63,823 bases of DNA, filler included, from Octopus bimaculoides (GCF_001194135.2; 4 parts of 4 records of this genome joined end to end with filler, not necessarily neighbours in it); one strand, 5' to 3'; numbered from the whole stretch's first letter, positions 49,498-61,305 are shown. The notes: generated by a model not told the origin, from the sequence alone. A program made the numbers and translations.

Positions 49498-50337
49498 ACC
49501 TCCGAACAAAATCAGACAGTTTTGCTAATAGTGGCAACAAAAGGAATAATTCCACTCCTCCTCCACCTCAGCTTGAACCTGAACGTCCACAACTTGAGTT
49601 GAACAAGGATTCAAAAACTAAACCAGATCAAGTTCCAAAATTTGGTACAGTTGAGCCTCAGTTCTCAACGTTACCAAAAGCCTTTCAGACTTCAGGGAAC
49701 ACTCCAGGAAGTGAGTCTTTCTTACACAGTTCGTATATGACTACAAATTCAAACACGGGTTCCCAGGCACAAAACCCCAATAAATCCTTACAAATGAGAC
49801 AAAGTGCTGCATTTGGCAGCAAGCCTATTGTCACAAGCCCTGCATTCTTGCAGCACAGAACTACTTTCGGTTCTGGGAGCAGTCGCCGAAAAGCTCTAGA
49901 ATTAGCACGCTCAGAGCAGAAAGCTCAGGAAGAGAAATCTAAAAAGGCTGTTGAGACACTGAAACCTGTTGAGCAGCCCAAGACTGATTTTCAGCAGAAT
50001 TCAGATAGCAAGTCTGTGGCCAAATTTGACATCAGTTCAAGATCTGTTGAAGCTTCCAAATTTAAACCAATTGATTCAATGCAATTGAAACCTATGGAGA
50101 GCCCTAAGTTTAAGGGCATAGAAATTGCTAAATTCAAACCTATAGAGAGTGCTAAATTCAAACCAATGGACAGTAAGTTTAAACCTGTAGAAACGACCAA
50201 ATCTGACAAAAAATCTACTGACAGTGATCATGTTGTTGAAAAGAAAAAATCTGAAACACCAAAATCTCAAAAGAAAGAATCAGAAAATACAAAATCACAG
50301 AAGTCTAAAGATTCTGATGGCAAATCAGGAACTGAAA
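49498..50337 (+). CDS. Large internal coding exon (840 nt, phase 1-1) of an unidentified gene; disordered P/S/K/E-rich region with KFKP repeats
   Basis: Stop-free 289-codon ORF; acceptor ttttgctttttatttcag| at 49497; donor |gtaagt at 50338; non-microsatellite, protein-like composition. Confidence 0.85.
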
Positions 50338-51169
50338 GTAAGTATACTTAGAACAGTTTTGCTTTGTCTGATTGTATATGCAATGTCAAATTAAGAAATA
50401 TTTGGGTCTGGGGTTTCTAGATTCTCATTGCCCAACACCCAGTTGTCTGGGTTTAGAGTCATTTCATTAAAAACTTAATTTTTTTATGTGACAATGCTCC
50501 AGTATAAACTGTCCAAAATAATATAAAATTTCTTTACAGTAAAAGTAGATGATGTAGTCCAAATTTTTAAATGCATGAATTGTAGATTGATGGAATTAGT
50601 GAAGTAAAATAACTATACCATATTGGATGGTATCTGTTCTAAGGACAAGTCAATATGTACCAGTGCAGACTATATAATTATTGTTCCTATCTTGATTCCA
50701 TGTTTTTCACTGTGTGTAAGCTTGTGTCTTATATCCTGTTTGTATACGAGCCATCTGTTAGGTGTGTGTATATGTGCTGTATATCTTAGGACGGTGAATC
50801 CCCTAACCACTTGTGTAATGTATTGAGGACAAGTCAGGTGGATTGAACACATCCCTCTCCAAGCAGTTCCCACAAGCTATGGAATCAGCCATCAATTTTA
50901 CACACAGAATGGAGTTTCTCTATGGACACTCATTCTGCTAGTAATAACAACCAAATCTTCAACTCACATTTCATGCTCTTGAGAAGTGGTAGGGCACCTC
51001 AGATATGTAGTCCTACTTACTTTTAAAATGACAGGATGGCCACAATGGAATACATTTGATCATTGTTCTGCTTGATTACAGCTAATCTGGAGACTAAACA
51101 ATAACAACAGCAATCCTGCCTTACAGCAGGGTGTCTTTATTTCTTTGTTGTACCTTCTTACAATTGAGA

Positions 51170-51410
51170 AAACCTGTCAAGCCAAGTGAGACCGTAGTCA
51201 TGGCTGATGCCAGTGTTTCGTAACTGGCACATCCAAAACACCCACTACACTCTTGGAGTGGTTGGTGTTAGGAAGGGCATCTCGCTGTAGAAACCATAGC
51301 AAATCAGGTTGGAACCTGGTGCAGCTCCCCAACTTGTCAATTTTCAGTCAAACCGTCCAACCCATGCCAGCATGGAAAGCAGACGTTAAATGACGATGAT
51401 GACGGTCAGC
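51170..51410 (+). mobile_element. Family D RTE-tailed element
   Basis: ggagtggttggtgttaggaagggcatc...ccatgccagcatggaaagcagacgttaaatgacgatgatg. Confidence 0.75.
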
Positions 51411-52954
51411 CAACAGCCTTTCCTTCAGCTGGTTATTTATCTTTCAACCCTTGTCATCTGGAACTATCATAGATCCACATTAAACACCACAAATACAGAT
51501 AAAATTTGTGGTGAACACTGGAATGATACTTCTCTCAATAAAATAAATTCGATCTATAAAGTGCGTTTGTTAAACCAGAAGATGGATAATTCAACTTTGA
51601 TCTGAACAGAGTACTCTCTTATTAGAAGATATTTCGTTGGTTAACTGAACCAGGTGATAAGTCACACTTGGAATATTTTCTTTTAAGATAACACTTTTTT
51701 TTTTTTTTTTTTTTTTTTGGCTTGTATGAGATGTAGTAACTACTGTTAGAAGGACACCTAAGGACTATGGCACAAGTAAATCCATATACCCAGTCTTCAG
51801 CAATGCTAATTTATACAGCCTCAGTGTTTTCATTTATGGTGTGATACCTGTAGGTACAGGCATAGCTGTGTGGTTAAGAAGTCTGCTTCTTGCCATGGGG
51901 TCTTGGGGTCAGTCCCACAGCACAGCACTTTGTGCAAGTGTCTTCTACTATAATGTCAGCTGACCAATGCCTTGTGAGCTGATTTGGTAGATGAAAACTG
52001 GGTTATAGGAGAAAACACTTGCCCAAGGTTCCACACGTTGGGACTGAACTTGAAACCACATAGTTGCAAAGTAGACTTCTTAACCACAGAGCTGTGCATG
52101 CTTCTGGTATATTTGTGCAAATTAATGCCTTAGTGATTGTTTTTTAATGACACTTGGATTACTTTTGTAATGAGAGAATGTGATGAAGGTTGACTGTTTG
52201 GAGGGACATCGTCAGGGTTAAGGGTGTGTGTGTGTGTGTTTTGATGGTGTACTCGAATGTATGTTGAAAGACACTAACCACCACTCTTGTGAATGGGGAA
52301 AGGTAAAGAGACACACATGTACTGGGGTGGAGGGATGTAACGACACAAAAGTAAAGGTTTGGTGAGGAAGGATTGGATCAGTCTCCAAGAGGAATTCTTT
52401 AAGGTGAAACAAGATTGTTTTTAGGTCCAGTGAGCCCTTTCAAAATACAGGTTGGCTCTATAGGGTATTGTTTTTTTGGGGGATGGGCAGGGTGGTGGAG
52501 TGCTTGTCATGTTTCTAGGCTGATGTACCGGCTGAGCCACCCCTCCCACTATTGCAAGCCCTTAGTGAGGTAAAGTATACATTATGATAATGAGAAAAGT
52601 GAATGCTTGATATGGAAGCAAAGAAATGGTTAGATATTCACTAGAATGGTAAAGAGGTATACAAACACACTTAAAAACGTATGCACCAGTTTATGCCGCT
52701 GTGGTTGCTACATGCCTTGTAATGCTAGCTGCACACATGTGACTGCGCACTTGTTGCCTATAGTTATTTCTATCTTACTGCATGCTGGCAGTCTAAAACA
52801 AGCGTTACTTGTAGATAGATGCACAATTGCCTGTTGCTGGTTGTTTACATTTAGCTGCACATTTTGGTGTAAATTTGCCTGAAGTTGTATCTTACATCAA
52901 TCTGAGTCTGTTGCAGCTAGTTTAGTTATAGCCTATGCCTGAACTCACTGTTGA

Positions 52955-52996
<42 letters not shown>

Positions 52997-53329
52997 TGGC
53001 TGGTTGTTTCTGTCTAGTTTCAATATTCAATGTATATCCGTGTTTAGCTCTTTGTTTTCATACAGCCACACATGTTGATGTATATCTTGTTCATTGTTCA
53101 CACCTCCCATCACCTTTAGATGCCCACCTGCCTGTTAATTTAGTTTAATGCCAAGAGATGATACATGCAGCTGCAAAATATAAATAAGAAAATAATCCAT
53201 TAATTAACAGTTTAGTTTATGCTGTTTCTCCCTTTTCTGTTTTTAACTGTGAAATGTTAAAATGATAAGAAAACTGCTGGTAGTCTGTATTGATAAGAGA
53301 CAATTCAAAGCGTGCGTGTGTGTGTGTTT

Positions 53330-53690
53330 CTTCATCATCATCATCATCATCGTTTAACGTCCGCTTTCCATGCTAGCATGGGTTGGACGACTTGACTGAG
53401 GACTGGTGAAACCGGATGGCAACACCAGGCTCCAATCTAAATTTGGCAGAGTTTCTACAGCTGGATGCCCTTCCTAACGCCAACCACTCAGAGAGTATAG
53501 TAGGTGCTTTTACGTGTCACCTGCACGAAGGCCAGTCAGGCGATACTGGCAATGGCCACGCTCGAAATGGTGTCATTTATGTGCCACCCGCACAAGCCAT
53601 CCAGGGGCACTGGCAATGATCTCGCTCGAAAATCCTACGGAAGCCAGTCAGGCGGTACTGGCAATGGCCACGCTCAAAACGGTGCATCTT
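53330..53690 (-). mobile_element. Family D RTE-tailed element
   Basis: (CAT)n-cgtttaacgtccgctttccatgctagcatgggttggacg... Confidence 0.8.
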
Positions 53691-54039
53691 ATGTGCCGAG
53701 AAAAAGTATTCATTGCTATCACATTCAGAACTTATGAAAACATGACAGTTGTACTCAGAGCCAGAGCTGGTTTCAACCGGATTGGTAACGAAAGGGTTAA
53801 AGACTTGAGTGTTTGTTGATAGAACAGCAATGTAATATGTTTAACGTTGTCAGAATCAGCTGGTGTTGTAGGAGCAGTATCCAGTATATCTTACTGGTTC
53901 TTCTGTGTGTTGTTAAATGATATGACTGAATATAATTGAGAGCAGAATGGATTAAAGTAGATTATTGCCGGAATTATTACACCCAAATTATATATGCAGT
54001 GAAAAAAAAAAAAAAAAGAGAAGGATCAGAGGTCCTTCC

Positions 54040-54270
54040 TGAGCCATAGGCTCATGAGGCCAGTTTCCCTGGGTTCTGTGGTGTAAGTAATCCTCCATGG
54101 ATAGGATGCTGCTCTGTCAGAGGGCTACTCATTTTTGCAAGCTGTGTGGACTGGAGCAGAGTGAAATGAAACATTTTGCTCAAGAACACAATACATGACC
54201 CAGTCCAGGAATTGAAACTACAATCTTATGATGATAAGTACAACACCCTAACCACTGAGCCACATACTTC
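54040..54270 (-). mobile_element. tRNA SINE with gtgttcttgagcaa central domain
   Basis: Central domain shared with 60044 and 4090. Confidence 0.65.
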
Positions 54271-54514
54271 CTCATATGTACAACACTGGACCAAATATCT
54301 GGAAGCCTTGGGACCACAGGTGTCCTAGATTTCTGGATTTTTCCAGTTTTCTAAAGGCAGTCTAAATTTGTACTGAAAATATGAAGTAAGCCATGAAAAG
54401 GAAACAGCTAAATTGTATTTAACAGGTTCATATTAATACACTTCTAAAGCAGGATCTGTTTGATATTTATTAATCCACTTATTCTTTTCTACTCTAGACA
54501 CAAGGTCTGAAGTT

Positions 54515-54780
54515 TTGGTGGGAGGGGGACAGTCGATTAGATCGACCCCAGTATGCAACTGGTACTTGATTTATTAACCCCGAAGAGATGAAAGGCAAAG
54601 TTCGACCTTGGTGGAATTTGAACTCAGAACGTAAAGACAGACGAAATACCACTAAGCATTTTGCCCAGCGTGCTAACGTTTCTACCAGCTCACTGCTTTA
54701 AATATACTTTTCTACTCTGAACGAAATACCACTAAGCATTTCATCCGGTATGCTAACGTTTCTGCAAGCTCACCACCTTA
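54515..54780 (-). mobile_element. SINE A plus duplicated head
   Basis: Family A consensus. Confidence 0.8.
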
Positions 54781-55170
54781 AATATTATACTTGACTTATT
54801 ATACTCCACCATGTGTACAGTACCACATTTACAAGATGAAAATTAAATGAAGAAAAGTAAAGAGCATGATTTTAATTAACAGATACAGGTACAAATTAAT
54901 ACATTTCTGAGGCAGAGTACGTTTAACCTTTATCAATCCACTTAAAAATATCAAAGAACAAAACTGTTTTTAACACACCATATGCAAATTAACCAACATC
55001 AAAAACAGAGTCTCTTTACTCAATACAGGGTATGATGTCATCATTATCATTGTTTAACATCCACTTTCATGCTTGGCGTGGGTTGGACGGTTTGGTATGG
55101 AGCTGTCCTGACTCTGTCTGTTGTGGCATGGTTTCCACAACTGGATGCCTTTTCTAATGCCAAGTATATC

Positions 55171-55402
55171 CATTATTTACATTTGACGGATATTTGTCCT
55201 CATCTTGTTTGTTGTTAACACAACGTTTCGGCTGATGTACTCTCCAGCCTTCATCAGGTGTTCTGGGGGAATTTCAAACCTGGGTTCTCATTCCTAAGGT
55301 ATTTTTCTGATGTTATTATTCAGGTCACTACCTGGAATCGAACTCAGAATCTTGGGGTTAATAGCCTGTGCTCTTAATCACTATGCCATACACCCACTGG
55401 CA
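55171..55402 (-). mobile_element. tRNA-headed SINE carrying an intact hammerhead (copy 2)
   Basis: Homologous to 41702-42042 along its length. Confidence 0.82.
55217..55262 (-). ncRNA. Intact minimal type-I hammerhead ribozyme
   Basis: AACAC-CTGATGA-A-GGCTG-gagagtacat-CAGCC-GAAAC-GTT-GTGTT: stem I 5 bp, stem II 5 bp, palindromic AACGTT stem III. Confidence 0.8.
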
Positions 55403-55714
55403 TATGGCATAGTGGTTAAGAGCGCAGGCTACTAACCCCAAGATTCCAAGTTCGATCCCTCACACACACTCACTCAAACTTATTTTTTAAGACATTTCAG
55501 CTTAATCAAATAGTGCATCCAGGACATTGTTCAATATGTCCTTGTTTTAAGACAATAAGAGGAGATTTGGTTGTTATTTCTGTCAGATTGAGCTTCTATG
55601 TAAAAAGAAAAAACTCCATTTCCTTGTTGGCTTGACTATGGAGATGATGAATGAGGATAGAGTATCTATTAAAATGCAGATATAACAGGTTATTTTGTAT
55701 GGTTTAAAATTTAG

Positions 55715-55761
55715 TCTGTGAAAATGCGATTAAGAACTCAGTCAGGGCTAATGAATGTATG
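55715..55761 (+). CDS. Candidate small exon (phase 1-0) (I)CENAIKNSVRANECM
   Basis: tttag| acceptor and |gtagga donor; phase fits the preceding 840-nt exon; weak on its own. Confidence 0.3.
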
Positions 55762-55835
55762 GTAGGACCTTATATGAATATATGTTTGAAGATGTTGACA
55801 TTGTTGTTCCAAAAACTTATGAACGCTCTTGTTAG

Positions 55836-55852
55836 ATTGCAGATAAACCATG
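55836..55852 (+). CDS. Candidate 17-nt micro-exon IADKP(W)
   Basis: ctcttgttag| acceptor and strong |gtgagt donor; phase 0 fits 55715-55761 across a 74-nt intron. Confidence 0.3.
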
Positions 55853-55965
55853 GTGAGTATCACTAAACTTGCTACCCTCCTGCCTACTTTTCATGCAACC
55901 ACTTTGCTCTTTTTAATTATTCAGGTTTCAAAGAACTAAATTTGCTCACTTGTTCACACACACAC

Positions 55966-56041
<76 letters not shown>

Positions 56042-56127
56042 GGGATAAAATCCAAATTTACAGGTAAAAACTCAATTAAAATCAATTTATTAAAAATCAA
56101 AATTAAATTAAGTTTCGCAGAATAAAA

Positions 56128-56371
56128 TATATATATATAGTTTTAGGGAAAAGAACCAAGGTTCATGAACTCATCAATGAAAATCCACTGTCACATATAG
56201 AAAAAATTTATAATTAAAAGCACAATACATGAGTATAATATACTTTATCTTATGATATTTACTTTGTATTATATTATACTCATTTATTGTGCTTTTAATT
56301 ATTAATTTTTCTATATGTGACGGTGGATTTTCATTGATGAGTTCATGAACCTTGGTTCTTTTCCCTAAAAC

Positions 56372-56383
<12 letters not shown>
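56128..56383. repeat. ~255-bp near-perfect foldback (about 114-nt arms, 27-nt loop) inserted in (TA)n
   Basis: tagttttagggaaaagaaccaaggttcatgaactcatcaatgaaaatccac... and its reverse complement, with only a few differences. Confidence 0.9.
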
Positions 56384-56417
<34 letters not shown>

Positions 56418-57244
56418 TCCATCTATATGTCGCTTCATGCACTCACTCACACCAAATGCACCTTATCTACTACACACACATAAGATAACCCTACTCTCCT
56501 ACATGTGCAAAATAACCTTATTGTCATACACATAATTCACACACTCTCCGTTTCTTTCTCTGTCTCACACATACACACATACATCTTACTTGCAAGCCAG
56601 CAAGAAAAACTCTTAGCTAAATCTGTCGTAAATTATGCACAAACATCTTGAAGGAGAGGACACGTCAGATAATGTAGCCCTTATACACACTTAAAATTAG
56701 ATGTTGGGTGGTTGTGGCTGGGTCACTTTTGGTTATACATTTGTTTGATAGGGTTTCACTTTGGACTAAATAAAACACTCACTCCCTCTCACATACATAC
56801 TTGCTTCTCTCTCCCTCACACACACTCACTCAAAATGCTACAATTTTATACACAAGCATATATATATCCGTCTTGTATGAAAGTCCCATTCTCAACAGAG
56901 ACAGCCACAAACATCCACATTTAAAATACTCAGGTATTACTAATATTGCTTTCAATTAAAACAACAAATAGTAATAAATCACTAGTAGCTAATCCAAAGA
57001 GCTTGTGATAATCTCACTCCCTTGTAGTAAGCATTCCCTTCACCTAATACTGGCTTTTTTCTAGTTCCCTAATGTTCTGCTTAAGCCATTCTTCAACAAC
57101 CATGTTTTTGTTTTTTTTTTTTGGTTTGTTTGGGTTTTTTTATTTCCACTAGACATGCTTGGTTGAAGGGATCATTGATTAGTCACTGATTAGTTATTGG
57201 TTAGATCATTAGTTCTCAACAGTAGCGTATTAAGGGTCTCTCTC

Positions 57245-57830
57245 TTTACTCTTTTACTTGTTTCAGTCATTTGACTGCGGCCATGCTGGAGCACTGCCTT
57301 TAGTCAAGAAAATCGNNNNNNNNNNNNNNNNNNNNNNNNNNNNNNNNNNNNNNNNNNNNNNNNNNNNNNNNNNNNNNNNNNNNNNNNNNNNNNNNNNNNN
57401 NNNNNNNNNNNNNNNNNNNNNNNNNNNNNNNNNNNNNNNNNNNNNNNNNNNNNNNNNNNNNNNNNNNNNNNNNNNNNNNNNNNNNNNNNNNNNNNNNNNN
57501 NNNNNNNNNNNNNNNNNNNNNNNNNNNNNNNNNNNNNNNNNNNNNNNNNNNNNNNNNNNNNNNNNNNNNNNNNNNNNNNNNNNNNNNNNNNNNNNNNNNN
57601 NNNNNNNNNNNNNNNNNNNNNNNNNNNNNNNNNNNNACACACAAACACACACATAATTATATACGACAGGCTTCTTTCAGTTTCCGTCTACCAAATCCAC
57701 TCACAAGGCTTTGGTCGGCCCGAGGCTATAGTAGAAGACACTTGCCCAAGGTGCCACGCAGTGGGACTAAACCCAGAACCATGTGGTTGGTAAGCAAGCT
57801 ACTTACCACACAGCCACTCCTGTGCCTATG
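57245..57830 (-). mobile_element. SINE B spanning a gap
   Basis: Tail at 57245-57315, head at 57660-57830. Confidence 0.85.
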
Positions 57831-57976
57831 TAAAGAAATTTTGATTTAGATGTATTTGTTACAAGAAACAGCCCAGTTTCTTTCATAAATGTTTTATATA
57901 GTTCAACCTAGACAAGTTAATGTGTGAAGAACAAAATAGGAATTTTGAAAGAGGCATCCATGAAGCTAGTTTTTAA

Positions 57977-58185
57977 CCCTTTTGTTACCATATTTCTGTG
58001 TTTCTTCCAATTAATTTTAAATATAACAAAGAGTTTAGTAAAATAACTTAGTCATCATTCAGCTAGTGTTAGGAACATAAATTGTGACTAAGGTTTGATG
58101 GAAGATTTTAATTCAGAACTTTTGAAAATGAGACATTTGTACTACAGAGCGAGAGGCGGTTTCAGCCGGGTTGGTATCGAAAGGG
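57977..58185. mobile_element. piggyBac-like MITE with TTAA TSD
   Basis: TTAA|CCCTTTTGTTACCA ... TGGTATCGAAAGGG|TTAA; the empty site is visible in the paralog at ~27836-27860; another right end at ~53740-53800. Confidence 0.8.
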
Positions 58186-58814
58186 TTAAACATAGAATGG
58201 CTAGCGGGTCCAGCAGAATAAAATAATTATAAAAGGGGTCCGTAAATAAATTTTTTAAATGGTTGAGAACCACTGTGTTAGATTAAACGAATAGCTGATT
58301 GGAAAGTTTATTTCATATTGTGTATGTGTGTTTCAAACCTGGGTTGGATGGCTCTACAAATTTTGATTTTTGCATAACCATTTAGATTATACAGGACAAA
58401 TGGCAGGATCTGTAGAATGTCAGACAGAATAACTTGTGGTATTTCTCAGTTCAAATCCCATCATCCAGGTTCAGTTTTTTTTTTAATCCTTTCAGAGTCA
58501 ATAAAATAAGTACTGAAGGTTAATGAAGTCAACTACAAGTTAGAAGCTGGTGCTCCAGTATGGCCACAGTCTAGAGACTGGAAATGATTTTTTAAAAATT
58601 CTGTTCATAGCACTATCATATGTGGATTATCCATATTTTCAGTGGGGAAAGGCTGCCTTGGACAGTCTGATCTATGGTACAATAAGGACGGATGAGCTAA
58701 ATACAGACAATTATGGTTGAGTCTGTAGAGATGTTTGAAATCATAGAGTTCCAAAGAAATGATTAAGAGCCAGGGGACAAGAAAAGCCCTTTTGTAATGT
58801 TTGTTGAATGTCAG

Positions 58815-59010
58815 CATCATCATCATCATCATCATCATCATCGTTTAACGTCCGCTTTCCATGCTAGCATAGGTTGGACGATTTGACTGACGACTGGCGA
58901 ACCAGATGGCTACACCAGGTTCCAATCTGATTTGGCAGAGTTTCTACAGCTGGATGCCAAATCAGATTGGAGCCTGGTGTTACCATCAGGTTCGCCAGTC
59001 CTCAGTCAGT
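58815..59010 (-). mobile_element. Family D RTE-tailed element with short internal inversion
   Basis: (CAT)n-cgtttaacgtccgc..; caccaggttccaatctgatttggca / gccaaatcagattggagcctggtg inverted. Confidence 0.75.
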
Positions 59011-59335
59011 TAGATAATCCATACATTGTTGCAAAAATTGTTTGATATAACAACAAAATCTTAAGTTTTTCCCCTATTGTATTTCTTAAAATGAGAACCA
59101 CATGTAATTTCAGAATTGTGTTCTCACAACCAAAATGAAGTGGCTGTGGCTTGAATGCCAAGTGAACCCTCTTGAATTTTCCATTAGCTTCTTTCATGTC
59201 TTAAGTCTGCTTCATTAAATCTAATCAAAGCTATTTAACAACAACAATAGCAACAGAAATGATATCCTTATCATTTTTATATTTAATGTCTGTTTTGTAC
59301 ACCTATATGAATTATGTGGGTGTATTTCTGTTATA

Positions 59336-59715
59336 GGAGGCGCAATGGCCCAGTGGTTAGGGCAGCGGACTCGTGGTCATAGGATCGCGGTTTCGATTCC
59401 CAGACTGGGCATTGTGAGTGTTTATTGAACGAAAACACCTTAAGCTCCATGAGGCTCCGGCAGGGGATGGTGGCGAACCCTGCTATACTCTTTCACCACA
59501 ACTTTCTCGCATTCTTACTTCCTGTTTCTGTTGTGCCTGTGATTCAGTGGGTCAGCCTTGTCACACTGTGTCACGCTGAATATCCCCGCGAACTATGTTA
59601 AGGGTACACATGTCTGTGGAGTGCTCAGCCACTTGCACGTTAATTTCACAAGCAGGCTGTTCCGTTGATCGGATCAACTGGAACCCTCAATATCGTAAGC
59701 GACGGAGTGCCAACA
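59336..59715 (+). mobile_element. Full-length tRNA SINE family C
   Basis: A-box tggcccagtgg, B-box gtttcgattcc; tail gcaggctgttccgttgatcggatcaactggaaccc. Confidence 0.88.
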
Positions 59716-60043
59716 ACAACAACACCTTATGAATTCTATAGAAATGGGTTAGAATCGAAGATGAACAGAGCTATATTCAACCGAAAGAATCAATAGCTGA
59801 GTGGTAAGAAGTTTGCTTCTGAACCACAAAGTTCCAGATTCAGTCCCACTGCATGGCATCTTACCAAAGTCTTGTGAGTGGATTTAGTAAGTAGAAATTG
59901 AAAGAAGCCTATCGTGCGCGCGTGCGTGTTTGTGTGTGTGTGTGTGTGTTATGATTTTGCTTAGGCATGGTGATACTAATAACTAGCTGTTAGAACTCAA
60001 TATATATATGTGCTTTAGAATAAAGCATTAAGCACAGATCATG

Positions 60044-60375
60044 AAGGCACATGGCTCAATGGTTAGAACATCAGGCTGACAATCATGAGGTAGTGAGTTC
60101 AATTCCCAGACCAGGCTGTGTATTGTGTTCTTGAGCAAGACACTTTTTTATGTTGTTCCAGTTTCAGCTGTAGAAATGAGTTGCAATGTCACTGGTGCCA
60201 AGCTGCATCGGCCTTTGCCTTTCCCTGGGATAACACTGGTGATGTGGAGAGGAGAGGCTGGTATGCATGGGCGACTACTGGTTTTCCATAAACAACCTTG
60301 CCCAGACTTGTGCCTCAGAGGGTAACTTTCTAAGTGCAATCCCATGGTCATTCATGACCAAAGCGGGTCTCTACT
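60044..60375 (+). mobile_element. tRNA SINE with gtgttcttgagcaagacactt central domain (Meta/V-domain-like)
   Basis: tRNA head (atggctcaatggttag..gagttcaattcc) plus conserved-type central block. Confidence 0.7.
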
Positions 60376-60519
60376 CCTTACAGATCGTAATATTGATTAT
60401 TAAGTGACAAGGAACAGGAATTAGGGAGAGAGAGAGAGATGGTCTTATTTTGTAAGAGTCTTTTAAAGCTTATAAATACTCTCACTGATTGCTGTTAAGT
60501 TTTTGTTGTTACTTGGAGT

Positions 60520-61000
60520 TCCAGGTGCAGCTCCCGACGAACAGTTTTTTTAAGAAACTGGGTTCTTGCGGTGGTCATTAAGCTCTGCAGTAATTTTGGG
60601 AGTTGTATATTTGTTATCCTTCCTAACAATTCGCATAAGAGTCTGATGGTCCCTATCTGAAAGTTTTGGGTTTCCTTCCAGAGTTTTGTTTCGACGAGGA
60701 GGTTTTTCCCTCTTTCTCAAAGGCTGTCATTACTTTCGAGACAGTACTTCTTGATACACCAAACATTTCGGCTGTTTTCATTACGCTAGCACCTGCCATA
60801 CGAGCACCAATAATTTGACTTCTTTGAAAATCCGATAGATCTGTCATTTTAATAAATTTTAATGACCTTTTTCTGATGATATCTGCAAAGAAACAGCAAT
60901 TTTAGCAAAACATATTAAGCAACACTAATAATAAATCAAAAATATAGATATTTCAAATTTATGATGCTAGGTGTTTCCATTATTTTGTCCAACCCCTCTA
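60520..61000 (-). mobile_element. Tc1-family element 5' part
   Basis: TIR ta-gaggggttggacaaaataatggaaacacc; MTDLSDFQRSQIIGARMAGASVMKTAEMFGVSRSTVSKVMTAFEKEGKTSS..SGRKPK..VRRELH. Confidence 0.9.
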
Positions 61001-61001
61001 T

Positions 61002-61101
61002 NNNNNNNNNNNNNNNNNNNNNNNNNNNNNNNNNNNNNNNNNNNNTTAATTAATTAANNNNNNNNNNNNNNNNNNNNNNNNNNNNNNNNNNNNNNNNNNN
61101 N
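61002..61101. other. Artificial scaffold-join marker
   Basis: 44N-TTAATTAATTAA-44N. Confidence 0.9.
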
Positions 61102-61260
61102 TCATTCGTTGGTTCATTGACTAGTGTGTGTGTGTGTGTGTGTGTGCGTGTGTGTGTGTGTGTACAGAAGCAGAAAGAGAGAAGGAAAGAGAGACAGAGA
61201 TAGCGTGACATATTGATATATAACATATATATTTACATATGTGTAATAATAAATATATAT

Positions 61261-61305
<45 letters not shown>

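Larger units (their letters stand above)
57208..58275. mobile_element. hAT-like MITE (same family as 27357) interrupted by SINE B and a piggyBac MITE
   Basis: Right TIR ggttgagaaccactg at 58261-58275; body homologous to 27480-27700; left end degenerate. Confidence 0.6.

Noticed and set aside
55925-55960. Acceptor after the ADKPW micro-exon giving WFQRTKFAH
   Set aside because: No usable donor before it runs into (CA)n/(TA)n, and it does not resemble an SH2 continuation
59336-59410. tRNA-like sequences (also at 2596, 35008, 55403 and others)
   Set aside because: They are SINE heads: no complete cloverleaf or acceptor stem, and they continue into SINE bodies
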